Below, one piece after another: positions 32,819 to 43,800 of a DNA stretch of 64,000 nt. The stretch spans positions 608,001-672,000 of the forward strand of contig CBDCTK010000002.1 of the NCBI GenBank assembly GCA_965222225.1, read 5' to 3'. The notes under the pieces were generated by a model, which saw only the letters and a program-made list of their open reading frames with translations, was not told where the DNA came from and ran no database searches. The position numbers were made by a program, and so were the translations under genes. Within the stretch, counting starts at the first letter, position 1. Every line of letters begins with the position of its first letter. Origin of the DNA: Candidatus Poribacteria bacterium. Its GTDB lineage: Bacteria; Poribacteria; WGA-4E; JAJDTR01.

Positions 32819-33302
32819 TGAGTGTGATTAGTTCTGCGAAATAACTGAAAATCAAACCGATTTCAAGGAATGTGAATTTATCCATAAAATCAACTCAATA
32901 TTTGTCAAATCAGGGGGTTCTTTTATGTAATGGCAGGCTTCTGGAGTGCCTTTATGGATGTTTTGGCGGTGTGTTAGTGTCGGGGTGGAGTGTTTTGGTA
33001 CTGTAAGGGCTTGTAGGGGGGTTGTATTGGTTCGGGTAGGTTTTTTGTTGACACCTGAAAGCGATAAAAACCCCGTGTGGGGCTTTGGTGTTCTTTTGTG
33101 GGCGTTCTGTGGGGGATGGCTAATCGGGATGAATTACTGTTGCGTTTCTCGGCAGGCTTGGGCGGGGCTAGGGTGATAATCTATTGGCTGGAAGTCGTAA
33201 ACGATGTACTCGGAGCCGTGGGGTGCAGATTCCCGAATGACTTCAACGTTCTGAATTTTCGCCTCCACGAAATCTGCCTTGGTTATCTTCGGTAGAATTC
33301 TT

Positions 33303-33890
33303 TCAGAAAAAACGCCAGGATATTAGGATGACTACCGTGAGGAGTATAATTAAAATTCCTATAATGCAAAGCCCCCAGCGAATAACAGGGATTATCGGTT
33401 GCGCCCATTTGTGGGCGTCGATAACCTGCCAACTGAACCATAGTATCAACTCTGAAATCATTAAAGCGGTTAATGCACGTTTAGCAAATGGCGTGTCATA
33501 GAGCGTAAAGTCAGGATTCCGAACACCGTAAATGACAAGCATCACGCCGACAGTATGGAGTAGCAATCGCGACCTGACAGCGGCGCTCTCCAACGGCTTT
33601 GAAGAACCCTTAGGAATATAATCACCAACTCTACTTGCATATACACGTAGTTTTTCACGATTATCTCTGAATCCTTTGGAGATGCGCTGCATGGCGTAGG
33701 AAAACTTTACAAACACAGCACCACCTATAAGCAATTGCCACCACTCAGGCTTGAAGGCTTCGTCCCCTAGACCAAGTGTCACTAATCCGATGGCAACTCC
33801 CACCTGAAACAACTGCCATTCTAACCTGTACCAAGAGCGTTCTGATTCGAATCGCTGCCGGTAAATCTCGCGCTCGTCTTCGGATGCCAT
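33303..33890 (-). CDS. Multi-pass membrane protein
   Basis: About 5 hydrophobic segments. Start at MASEDEREIY is assumed. Confidence 0.65.
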   Translation of the reverse strand: MASEDEREIYRQRFESERSWYRLEWQLFQVGVAIGLVTLGLGDEAFKPEWWQLLIGGAVFVKFSYAMQRISKGFRDNREKLRVYASRVGDYIPKGSSKPLESAAVRSRLLLHTVGVMLVIYGVRNPDFTLYDTPFAKRALTALMISELILWFSWQVIDAHKWAQPIIPVIRWGLCIIGILIILLTVVILISWRFF

Positions 33891-34169
33891 AATCAAGTCC
33901 TGTGAGAGTTTATAGTGTTCAGTGTCGCGGAGAATGTTAGTACATGCTGCGGCTGACAATGAAAGTATTTTAGAACAGACGAGCGTTGATTACAAGCACC
34001 AGTTTCTAATTAAACACAAAGAATAACGCTGGCGAAATTCCATCCATATCCAATCAAAATCTCAAGAGTGCATCTGTCTTGTCAAAACCCTTGAAAATCA
34101 AAAAATGTTACCTTAGCCTTATATCCACAGTCTAGGGGGGATACCAAGGGGAAATAAAGAATATAAGTA

Positions 34170-35302
34170 TTAACCAATATTTTTTTGGATTTTACTTACG
34201 TGTTGCCTACTCAGTCCACTAAGTTTTGAAATGTTGACAAAAGACACCTTTACCCCTGTCGCCTCCAGTTCAGCAATAGCATCCTCAATTTTCTGTCTAT
34301 TATTCAAAGTTCTTTTTGCTGCCGAAAAGGATTGGTTCATGCGCTGCATATCCGAGTGATATGATTTGGGGTTGAAAATGCCCTGCATTGAATCAAAAAC
34401 GAACTGTAAAGTATTGAAACGATAATCACATCGCTTTTCCCATTTATCTCGGTAAAGTTTAGACTGTCGCATAACCTCGTGGCAGACAGTGAACGTTAAC
34501 CTCTTCAAATCGTAATCATCCAAATTTCCAAAGTAGCTTTTCAGGAAGTGTTCACTTTTTGCAAAAAACATAACACATGACATCAAACCCAAATCCGCCT
34601 CACTCTGCGTAGGGTATCTTTTCTTGTTATCTTCCCATTTACCGTTAAACAATCTCAAAAATGTTGCCTTGTTTTTTGCTCTTGCTAGTGAATCAGTAAG
34701 ATTTACGATTATTGCCTTATCAACATCGTAGTAGTCTGAAATCTCATAATATCCACCTACCGAACCCGAATCCTTATTTTTTGCACCAAGAAATGGAAAT
34801 GTAGTGTTCAGGTTTGGGTACACACCAACATCGGGTGTGGTTGGAATATGATTTGCGGTAAAATCAAAAAATCTACCCCAAGGATATATTTCAAACCTTC
34901 CTTGATTAAGTGCATACTTCTTTCGGTAATTGTCTGGTAGAGTTCCATATCCGTATATGTGAACACCCTTCCCCGAACCGCTTATTTCTGCCCAAGTGTT
35001 CGCTTTGTTGACATACCCCATCGCCTCAGCAGTCATATCCCCATTGAATATCACGTTATCTAAGTCAATGCCTATAATGCCGTTCTTTTCAGGGTTGAAT
35101 ACGAACCCAAGCCCAAAGTTCGGGTTGTCTGCCATTTTTTTTTCAGGCAGGTAGAAAGAGGATATGTTCGTTGCAGGTAATTTGTTTCAACGGGGTTTTT
35201 ATCGGGTTTTGATTTGTTCGGGTTGGGTTTAGGATACCAATTCATCCAAGAATTATGATTGGCAAGTTCGGCAGGTATGCTGCGATATTGATTCTGATTC
35301 AT
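34170..35302 (-). pseudogene. NrS-1-like primase-polymerase/Rep protein with C-terminal HTH, frameshifted at an A9 run
   Basis: SIPAEL..HNSWMNW, GLGFVF..GIDLD, EISGSGKGVHIY, QSEADLGL and RQSKLYRDKW. The frame changes at 35135-35143. Confidence 0.82.
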
Positions 35303-35373
35303 TTCACTTCCCCCTCAAGTTTTTCGATTTCCCCCCTTGGTCGTTGGATGTAATGTAATGGTTTTTTGTAATT

Positions 35374-35505
35374 ATGTTCGGCATGGTTTTCTTTGTGTCT
35401 GTGAAATTTGATCGTCAATTGCGCAAGATTGATTTGCTTAGGAAAGAGGTTGGCGAAGTGAAGGAGTCCTTAAAGGAAATTGAAAGCAAACTAGAGACCG
35501 AGTAG
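35374..35505 (+). CDS. Small hydrophobic plus coiled-coil peptide (possibly a remnant)
   Basis: MFGMVFFVSVKFDRQLRKIDLLRKEVGEVKESLKEIESKLETE*. Confidence 0.3.
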   Translation: MFGMVFFVSVKFDRQLRKIDLLRKEVGEVKESLKEIESKLETE

Positions 35506-35542
35506 TTTGACTTGGAGTGTATTTCACTCAAGTAGTCGATAT

Positions 35543-35570
35543 AAAAAAAGACGGGGTGGTCAGCCCCGCC
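35543..35570 (-). terminator. Intrinsic terminator
   Basis: GGCGGGGCTGACCACCCCGTC plus T7 on the minus strand, after ORF 35626-36354. Confidence 0.65.
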
Positions 35571-35625
35571 TATAATTGATAATACTACTGCAATCTCTAC
35601 ACGCCCTAAAGCGTGGAATCGTCCC

Positions 35626-36354
35626 TTAGCTAAACTTTAGCGATGCTTGAGTAAGATTATCCTCTCCGATGTCCCAGTATTGCTTGTGATGCGGTTGAAA
35701 ATCTTTATCCACCATATCGTATCCAAAGACAAAAGATTCAACCTTTGCTAAATTGCGCAAGTTATTCTTAGCCAATTTATGCCAGTCTTCGATTTTGGAT
35801 ATTCCTTCGTTCATGTGATGGATATCATTCCTGTGGCTTTTATAGATAGCTATGGATGCGTCCGCAACCTCAGGAGTAAGGAGTTCGTCGTTCTTGAGTA
35901 TAACAGTAGCCTTATCCTGCGTCATTTGGTCGAGTTCTTTTCTGCCGTTGCGGTCAATTACAAATTTAATAATCCCTTCGTTGACTGGGTGGGACAACAT
36001 CGCACAAGCATTAAACAACCCAGACCGATAGGTTTGAAAACACTCGTCAAAGTGTTTAGCAAAATGGGGGTCCTTTTGCGGTCTGAAATTGAAGGATTTA
36101 CGGTACACCTCAAAGTAGCGTTCTATGTGCCATATCAGTAGATTTACAGGTATTCCTTGCAGGTCTCGGCTGTAAATCACTTGCTCCGCAGTTTCAATGT
36201 GTTTCTCAGTGCTCATGCCCTGAAAGTGCTCATCAAGGTCATCATGTGATTCCAAAACCATCAATGCGAGTCGATTTATCGTGGAGTAATATTCATTTCG
36301 GAATAACTCTTGAGGTGTATCGGACACTGCGGTTTGTTCCTTACCTTCGCTCAT
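35626..36354 (-). CDS. Hypothetical protein, possible HEPN domain
   Basis: ECFQTYRSGLFNACAMLS helix pattern and RNDIHH (Rx4H). Confidence 0.55.
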   Translation of the reverse strand: MSEGKEQTAVSDTPQELFRNEYYSTINRLALMVLESHDDLDEHFQGMSTEKHIETAEQVIYSRDLQGIPVNLLIWHIERYFEVYRKSFNFRPQKDPHFAKHFDECFQTYRSGLFNACAMLSHPVNEGIIKFVIDRNGRKELDQMTQDKATVILKNDELLTPEVADASIAIYKSHRNDIHHMNEGISKIEDWHKLAKNNLRNLAKVESFVFGYDMVDKDFQPHHKQYWDIGEDNLTQASLKFS

Positions 36355-36426
36355 TGACTCTCTCTCCTGCGTATTTCGACGCCTCCAGATTTGCCTTAAT
36401 TATATCACATTTCCAGCCCCTTGTGT

Positions 36427-36762
36427 TTACCACCCAGACGCCATCGAAGTCCACACACTGAACATAATCCAGACTATGACAACCAACGCAATCAGGTAAA
36501 CCACGTAATTGTGAGATTTCACGGATAAGTTGTCTCCAAGACGCCGATTCATTTCAGCGTCAATGGGCTTTCTGGGGGCATTACATACATCGCAATAGAG
36601 CATATATCTCTTTTTGAAGTTAGCTTTGAACAACCAAATAAATCTATGATAGTTGAATATCACCAACACCCGAAAAGGTCTCATTTCCTCACACTTTCGG
36701 CAGTAGTGTATAATCTCACCCACTTCCTCTCTCTTGATTCCTGAATACCATGAAAACCCCAC
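36427..36762 (-). CDS. Zinc-ribbon protein with C-terminal TM helix
   Basis: CRKC...CDVC and a hydrophobic C-terminus. Confidence 0.65.
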   Translation of the reverse strand: MGFSWYSGIKREEVGEIIHYCRKCEEMRPFRVLVIFNYHRFIWLFKANFKKRYMLYCDVCNAPRKPIDAEMNRRLGDNLSVKSHNYVVYLIALVVIVWIMFSVWTSMASGW

Positions 36763-36934
36763 AAGATTATTCCCCTCTCCAAGATTTGTCTCAATTATAT
36801 CACATTTTCCGACCCAAGAAGGCGTCTGTACGCTTGCTGGTTAAATTCTTGGTGTCCTTCGTGTGGCCTTCAAACACTTCAAAGAATCGCTTATAGAGTG
36901 ATATTGAGTCTCAATAAGGAAGTATTGCAGGCAT

Positions 36935-36964
36935 AAAAAAAGGCAGGGATTTTTAGTCCCTGCC
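36935..36964 (-). terminator. Intrinsic terminator after the integrase
   Basis: GGCAGGGA/TCCCTGCC stem plus T-run on the minus strand. Confidence 0.7.
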
Positions 36965-36994
36965 GATGGTGATACGGGTTGACTGATATGCGCC

Positions 36995-37420
36995 TCAATC
37001 GCAAGGGAATACCCCTTTTTCCGCTGAATCAAGTTTGTCTTGCATACTCGGCATAGCATATCTCGCGGTCATAGAAAAATCTGCATGACCCATGAGGGAT
37101 TGTACCAAGGTCGGTTTTACATCGCTATTGATTTTCCTTACACAAAACGAATGACGAAGCATGTGCGGGGTAACATGCGGAATCCCATGTTTTTCGCAAA
37201 GTCTCTCATAGTAAATCCGAATAGCACTTGGCGTATAGGCTTCACCCTTGTGAGTGAAAACGAAATTATTGGGATTCTTACTTCTCTCTTGATAACGTGA
37301 TTTGAATCGCTTATAAGACTCAAGTAACGATTGAGGAATACCTAACTTTCGGGTTCGGTTTCGCTTGCTCATTCTAACTGTCAAAGAACCTTCCTTGAGG
37401 TTAATGTGACGGAATTCTGC
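36995..37420 (-). pseudogene. Tyrosine recombinase/integrase, C-terminal half only
   Basis: TPHMLRHSF, LMGH and MTARY. The N-terminal domain and first catalytic Arg box are missing. Confidence 0.85.
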
Positions 37421-37575
37421 TTTTTCGCCACTGTCTTAACCTCCCTTTCCGTAGATTGCGACCACTAAATACATCCCCATTTAACGGCATTAGTTCAAGA
37501 TTGCGTTTTCACTGCAACAATAAAAGAGATGAGATTCAACAACGACAGTCGCGTTTTTTGCCATTGTCAATTAGT

Positions 37576-38406
37576 TTAGGTCAATCGAATCGATTTAAAT
37601 GTTTCAATTTGTTCCGTAATCGCGCGTTCCGTGGGAAGACGCTCGGCACTTGACGCACCGTAGAATCCGACAACGCCTTCGGTACTGTCCAAAATGAATT
37701 GTGCGTCCTCGGGTTCGGCAATCGGTCCACCATGGCAGATGACAAGAATTTCCGGGTTAACGCTTTTCGCGGCGTCGTGTATCGCTTGCACCCGTTTCGC
37801 TGATTCTTCAAGCGTTAGCGCTGTTTTCGCGCCAATGGATCCCTTTGTTGTAAGTCCCATATGTGCCACGAGAATATCCGCCCCGGCGTCTGCCATCTGT
37901 TCGGCTTCCGACTCTTTAAAGGCATACGGTGTTGTCAACAGATTCATTTCGTGGGCGATGCGAATCATTTCCACCTCCGGGCCGTAGCCCATACTCGTCT
38001 CCTCCAAGTTCTGACGGAATAAGCCATCAATCAATCCGACGGTTGGAAAATTCTGTACGCCCGAAAATCCGATGTCACGAATCTGTTTTAGAAACACGTC
38101 CATCAAGCGGAACGGATCTGTACCGCAGACGCCAGCAAGCACCGGTATGTTTTTAACGACGGGTAGCACCTCGCTCGCCATATCAACGACAATCTGATTG
38201 GCATCGCCGTACGGCATCATGCCGGCAAGCGATCCGCGGCCAGCCATGCGAAATCGCCCCGAATTATAGATGACGATGAGGTCAACCCCTCCAGCTTCTT
38301 CGCATTTTGCAGAAATGCCGGTACCAGCACCAGCGCCGATAATCGGGTTGCCAGTCTCAACGTTTGACCGCAACCGAGTTAATATCTCTTCGCGTTTAAA
38401 CTGCAT
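37576..38406 (-). CDS. Phosphoenolpyruvate hydrolase-like TIM-barrel protein
   Basis: [31 protein letters not shown] and CHGGPI motifs. Confidence 0.88.
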   Translation of the reverse strand: MQFKREEILTRLRSNVETGNPIIGAGAGTGISAKCEEAGGVDLIVIYNSGRFRMAGRGSLAGMMPYGDANQIVVDMASEVLPVVKNIPVLAGVCGTDPFRLMDVFLKQIRDIGFSGVQNFPTVGLIDGLFRQNLEETSMGYGPEVEMIRIAHEMNLLTTPYAFKESEAEQMADAGADILVAHMGLTTKGSIGAKTALTLEESAKRVQAIHDAAKSVNPEILVICHGGPIAEPEDAQFILDSTEGVVGFYGASSAERLPTERAITEQIETFKSIRLT

Positions 38407-38519
38407 TGTCTCACCTCCATGTAGAAAATGGATTAATCCGATACGAATTCCAAATATAAAAATGACCCAATAGCAACCGGGAGCCGATAATTGAACGTCG
38501 CATTTGATATAATTTGTGT

Positions 38520-39314
38520 TTATTCCGCAACGGCCTTCTTCGGCGGCATGACGACAATCTCGATTCGTCGATTTCGAGCTCGCCCTTCGCGCGTATCGTT
38601 CGTGTCAATCGGACGGTGATAAGCATAACCGACCGCTGCTAGACGACCGGGAGCCACCTTTGCGTGTTCTTGTAGGTATCTCACGGCAGAGATTGCACGT
38701 TCCGTGGACAAATCCCAATTGTTCAACGCCGAACCTCTGAACGGCATGTTGTCCGTATGTCCCTCAACTCGAATCTCCCGGTTCGGATAGCGATTCAAGA
38801 ACGTCGTAGCAATCTTGTCGAGAACACGCTTACCAGCCGGTTTAATCACCGATTTCCCCGAGTCGAAGAGGATCTTGTCCATCAAGTTGACGGTTAGCAT
38901 TCCTTGAAGTTCGGTAATTTGAATCTCCCTGTTTTTAATCTCCTGCTCCAAGCTGCCGACCAAATCTTGATACTCTGCCTCGCGTTTCCTTCGTTCTTCT
39001 TCAAGTTTCCGTTTCTCAGCTCCAATTTTCGCTTTGGCTTTGCTGAGATCGACCGCTTGTTGCTGAATTTCACCGATTGTTTCTTCCAGGATTTCGATTT
39101 TGATAATTTTCGCCGCGACTTCTTCTTGGGATTGGTTCAACTCGCGCCCCAAACGGTTCGATTCCTCTTGGAACTTAATCCGGCTTTCCTGTTCTGTGGC
39201 GAGTACCTCTTCGGTATGCTTGAACTTCACTCGGTAATATGCAATCAAAGCGACGAGAATAACGAGTGTCAAGCCGGCAGCTCCGCCAATTATATATGTC
39301 TGTCTTTTGGTCAT
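38520..39314 (-). CDS. OmpA/MotB family protein with TM anchor and coiled coil
   Basis: [21 protein letters not shown] and RARNRRIEI motifs. Confidence 0.9.
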   Translation of the reverse strand: MTKRQTYIIGGAAGLTLVILVALIAYYRVKFKHTEEVLATEQESRIKFQEESNRLGRELNQSQEEVAAKIIKIEILEETIGEIQQQAVDLSKAKAKIGAEKRKLEEERRKREAEYQDLVGSLEQEIKNREIQITELQGMLTVNLMDKILFDSGKSVIKPAGKRVLDKIATTFLNRYPNREIRVEGHTDNMPFRGSALNNWDLSTERAISAVRYLQEHAKVAPGRLAAVGYAYHRPIDTNDTREGRARNRRIEIVVMPPKKAVAE

Positions 39315-39379
39315 CTGGCCTACCTTTGTTCTAAGGGATGTAGAACGTTATGTTCAGTTTCACAGGGCGTGATATTTTT

Positions 39380-40657
39380 TCACAACTTCGCTTGGGTCAT
39401 GAAGGTGGCATAGATTTTCGCCGTCTTCACCAAATCTGAGATACTAACCCGTTCGTTGACTCCGTGCGCACCTTCGCCTCGCGGACCGTAACCCACCCCC
39501 GGTAGTTTTCCGTCTTCCACGAAGAAATGCAGATCAGTGAACCCACCAGTCGGTGCCCACTTCACCGGATTGCGCCGAATCGCACGCACCGATCGGGAGA
39601 ACTCTTGAACCAAGGGTTCCTCCGTATCAACAAGGCACGGCTCAATACGCAATGTAGATTTCACGTCAACTTTCAGTTCTGGTATGTTGTCGCAAGCCGT
39701 CTTGATAGCTCCTCGCAACTCCGATTCCGCTTGATCTAACCGTTCATTAGGCGGTATCCGTCGATCAATTGAAAAGGTTAATTGCGCGGGAACAGTGTTG
39801 ACTTTGTCACCGGAGGTGCCGCTAAAAACCCCACCAATGTTGATTGTGGGCCGTCTTTCGATATCACGGGGCATCCTGAAGGTTCGATGCGGTTTGCCAA
39901 ATTCCTCCTTCAGTGATTGAAGCGCAGTGACCAACTCTGCTGTTTTCTCAAAGGCGTTGAGTCCGCTGCCGGGATTTGCCGCGTGTGCCGCTTTGCCATG
40001 AACCGTGACCTCTAGCCACAAAACACCGTTATGTCCATTACAAACGGTTAAACCGGTACTACCTTCACAATTTACGGCATAGTCCGCTTGCACCAGCCCC
40101 TTGCGAACCACTTCGCCCGCGCCGAGATCGCCACCGATCTCTTCATCGCAAGTAAATGAACATTCGATGTTGAAGCTCGGCTGCGCTCCTGTTTCCCGGA
40201 GCGCCAAGACGGCAAAAAGCAAACACGCAATTGAGTCCTTCATGTCGTCAGAGCCACGGCCATAAAGCCAATCTCCCTTAATTTGAGGGTCGAATGGGTG
40301 AGTGAGCCATTTCCCGGAAACGGGAACAACGTCGAAGTGTGCGTTAAAGTGGACGGTTTTTTCCGCACCCAGATTCCATTTAGCAATAAGGTTCATGCGA
40401 GGATACACATCGGCGTGCGGTACAACCTTTACAGCTTCAGCTTCGGGAACGGGGACAATCCGGGTCTGCATTCCCAACGCGCGACATTTTTCGTCGAGAA
40501 GATCGACAATCTCTGCGTATTTGTCGCCCGGCGGATTCACAGTCGGAATTCGCACCAGTTCTTGAAGCGACGCACAAAGCGCCTTCTTGTTCTGCTCAAT
40601 ATAAGCGTGTGTTTTCTCTATCATAACCCATCTTTTGTTACGCAGTTGAGCGTTCAA
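39380..40657 (-). CDS. M20 family (ArgE/DapE-like) metallopeptidase
   Basis: HFDVVP, YGRGSDDMK, DEEIGG, GKAAHA and AHGVNE motifs. Confidence 0.9.
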   Translation of the reverse strand: MNAQLRNKRWVMIEKTHAYIEQNKKALCASLQELVRIPTVNPPGDKYAEIVDLLDEKCRALGMQTRIVPVPEAEAVKVVPHADVYPRMNLIAKWNLGAEKTVHFNAHFDVVPVSGKWLTHPFDPQIKGDWLYGRGSDDMKDSIACLLFAVLALRETGAQPSFNIECSFTCDEEIGGDLGAGEVVRKGLVQADYAVNCEGSTGLTVCNGHNGVLWLEVTVHGKAAHAANPGSGLNAFEKTAELVTALQSLKEEFGKPHRTFRMPRDIERRPTINIGGVFSGTSGDKVNTVPAQLTFSIDRRIPPNERLDQAESELRGAIKTACDNIPELKVDVKSTLRIEPCLVDTEEPLVQEFSRSVRAIRRNPVKWAPTGGFTDLHFFVEDGKLPGVGYGPRGEGAHGVNERVSISDLVKTAKIYATFMTQAKL

Positions 40658-40770
40658 ATCTACCTAGTCCGGCGACTTCGCTGTAGGGAATAACGATTGT
40701 TTAGGGATTCCATCTAAGAATGGCAATCGGCGATTTGATGAGAGATCTCTATGGGATTGGTATCGCGCAA

Positions 40771-40806
40771 AGAACTCTATCGCCCTCACTATTCGTTCGG
40801 TTGATC
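40771..40806 (+). repeat. Interspersed repeat, copy 1 (partial)
   Basis: CTATCGCCCTCACTATTCGTTCGGTTGATC, also found at 49234-49281 and inverted at 55868-55911. Confidence 0.75.
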
Positions 40807-40807
40807 C

Positions 40808-43800
40808 TTACTTCCTTATCAGCATCTTGCGTGTTGCCGTGAACTCGCCTGCTCTCAGCGTGTAAAAATACAGACCACTGGCGACTGACTCGCCACGCCC
40901 ATTGCGACCGTCCCAATATGCCGCACGGTTTCGGCTCTGGTACATGCCCGCCGCTTGATGCCCTATCGCCAAACGACGAACTGCCGCCCCGTTCATGTCG
41001 AAAATCGTGAGCGTGACCTCTGCTGGTGCCGCCAACTGATACGGTATCCAGGTTTCAGGGTTGAACGGGTTCGGGTAGTTGGGCATTAGCTGTGTCGACT
41101 GCGGGATCATCGATGCCCGCAAGACCTCCAGATTCGCAATCGCTTGGTGGAAGTCGTTTGAACCGTCGTCCACCCGTCGTGCCTGCGAAAGCCAGGCGTG
41201 GATTGTCGCCACGTCCAACCCGTGCGCCGGCGGTGCAGCTGCGCCGCCCATGTTGCTGGCAACCGCAATCAAATCAAATATGTTCACGACACCATCGTTG
41301 TTCACATCGACTGGCGAGCCAGCTGCGACGGACTGCCCCAACTGTTGTGCGACCTTGATAAGGTCGAAAATATTTATGATTCCATCACTGTTGATGTCCC
41401 CGGGCAACCGGCGCTCCTCTATGCTGATTCGAATCGGGTCGATCGTGACAGTTATTGACCCGTCGTCTGCCGTGCCGAACAGCGCATTATTCAGTGTCAC
41501 TGTAGTGTTGCCCTCGGCGATCGCTTTGAAACGAAGGGTGGCGATTGTACCCGTGCCGCTGACGCCATCGACGGCAAACCGAGCGCCACTGATGCCCGTG
41601 ATCGTGCCCTTCTCGATGCGACCGCTCTGGAAGAATGCATTACCGCCGTCGCTCTTGAGGAATTCGCCTTCGATTACATCTACGGCTTCCAATGCCCGCG
41701 GATCAAACGACACATCGAATTGCCAGCCCGCCAAGTCGACCATATTTTCTGCAGTCAGTGTCGCCGCAAATGTATCGCCGACGTGAATATCAGACTCAGA
41801 AAATGTGTACGTTACTCCTGGCGGCACCAAAGAATATTTAGCATCTTGCTCAAGTCCGAAAAAGCAATTCGACCACCAACCGCTCGAAGTCCCAACTGCG
41901 ACCATCAAAACATTCCGTCCTTCCCGAAGTGTTATCGGGAAGGCGTCGGTGTAATCTAAGCCCCAGAAATCTTGTCCATAACTCTCCACAACGACAGATC
42001 CGTTGAGCCAGACTTTTAACGTGTAAGCTGCGCCGACGAAGAGTTGTGTCTGCTGTTCTGATGGCGAATAAATGTCGATGACGCCGTACAAAACGCCGTT
42101 GACGACTCGGCTTCCGAACATCTTGTCAATATTCCGCTCGCCCCTCGGCGGTAGTTTGTGCAACGCCCATGTTACCCGTCCGACCTGTTGTGCTTCGACT
42201 GCACCGGCGGTGGCGACACTATTTTCAGTTACGTTGCCCCCGCTTTTTTCGGCGAGTATGTCTCGATTATCTTTTAGTTCCGCTCCTCGAAAATGCGCCC
42301 ACACCCATGGCCCCTCTATTTTCGGTCCGCCCTCGCCGATAAGCGGCAAGTTTCTTTTGAAACTATATTCTTCGAGGTTCGCAATTATATGATCGATGGG
42401 CGAGAGGTCAGCGATATTGTTACTGCTCGCTTGTAGGCTTGTCAGGTTGGTCAGGCTAGCCAGCGGCGAAATATCGAATATTTGATTACTTCCGATATCA
42501 AGATATGTTAGCTGCGTTAGTCCCGCGAGTGGTGACACGTCCTTGATTCGGTTAACACCGACCTTTAGATGAACGAGAGTAGTCAACCCGGCGAGAGGCG
42601 AGATGTCGACTATTTGATTATTGTGCAACGACAGAAAATCCAGATTTGTCATGTTTGCGATCGGCGACACATCGACAACTGCGTTGTGTTTAAACGTGAG
42701 TCTGCGCAACTTTCGAATGTTTGCGAGTGCTGAAATATCGACCACGTCTCCGCCGTAAAACACGAGTTCTCGTAGATTTGTCAACCCTGCGAGTGCCGAA
42801 ATGTCTTTTGCTGAGCTATCGACTTGTAACCACAGCCACTCCAGCTTTGTTAGGTTGGTTAGTGGCGAGAAGTCAAGAATTGGGGTACCGTGTGTTCCTA
42901 GTATTTTGAGGTTGGTACACTTCGCAATTGGTGACAGGTTGCGTAGCGGATTATCTCCGATCCATAGTTCCTCGAGGTTACGAGCGAACTCAAGACCTGT
43001 GAGATCGGAAATATTCTTGTCGTTTGCTCGGAGTACTGTTAATTTTGCCATATCGTCTGCTCTGATTCTTTTGACCCCGAGCGTTTCAGCGATGACCGCC
43101 CTCAGGTTTGAATCAGGAATGTCGACTGGCGCACCAGGTATGAGATCAAGCTGCTCAACAACAGGTGTGTCGCCGATTGAAGTCGGGAAGTCCAGCGCAG
43201 ATATAATGCCGTCAAACCCCGACGTCCACGTGTCACGCTTGATCTGCCCGCCATCCAACACGAGCAATCCGGCGCTCTGCAGCCCATCGTTCTCACGAAT
43301 CTTTGACAGAAATACTGCCGGTTCTAGCCCGACAGCGGCGGCTGCCTGCGACAAGTCCAGCGGCGAATGAAACGCTTCATGGAAACGAGACACAGGTTCA
43401 ACATCGCCCGCGGTGTTACCTGTCGCCGCCAACGCACGCTGGTAACGCACCTGGTCTCCGTTAACCTTTGAATCCATCGTGGAGTCGGCGACATATAACT
43501 GCAGCGCATGCGGTTTATTGTACGCAGGATTCCGGTCGCTCTCGATGTATGCCCGTACCTCATCATTGATCTCTTTCATGCCTTCAGTGTGGCAGCCGAT
43601 GCACGACAGCCCATTACGCACCGTGGGGTCGCTGGCAGCAGGATTCGACACAATGCTGATCGGCGCATCGTCCAACCGAAATCCGTCGCCATCGACTAAG
43701 TAGTAGCCTTGCAACCCGTTCGGAAGATTGAAGATAACCTCGCCGCCGTCGTGCGTGAAGGCAAGCGGGTGCGTGAAGATGTTGCGAGTTCCAACACTTC

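Larger units (their letters stand above)
29400..37430. mobile_element. Degraded integrated element (satellite/plasmid-like); boundaries approximate
   Basis: Truncated tyrosine recombinase, NrS-1-like primase-polymerase and phage-like sigma factor. Visibly more AT-rich than the flanks. No att repeat found. Confidence 0.7.

Noticed and set aside
32946-33295. Short plus-strand ORFs in the GT-rich tract
   Set aside because: Low-complexity translations caused by the compositional skew.
36995-37420. Integron integrase with attC cassettes
   Set aside because: The fragment lacks a visible IntI-specific insertion, and no convincing attC sites were found.
38520-39314. Flagellar stator motB
   Set aside because: No adjacent motA and no MotB TM Asp motif, so it is kept as a generic OmpA/MotB-domain protein.
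40808-41100. Proof of a type IX secretion system
   Set aside because: The CTD resembles T9SS-A/FlgD-Ig domains, but no secretion machinery genes are in this window.
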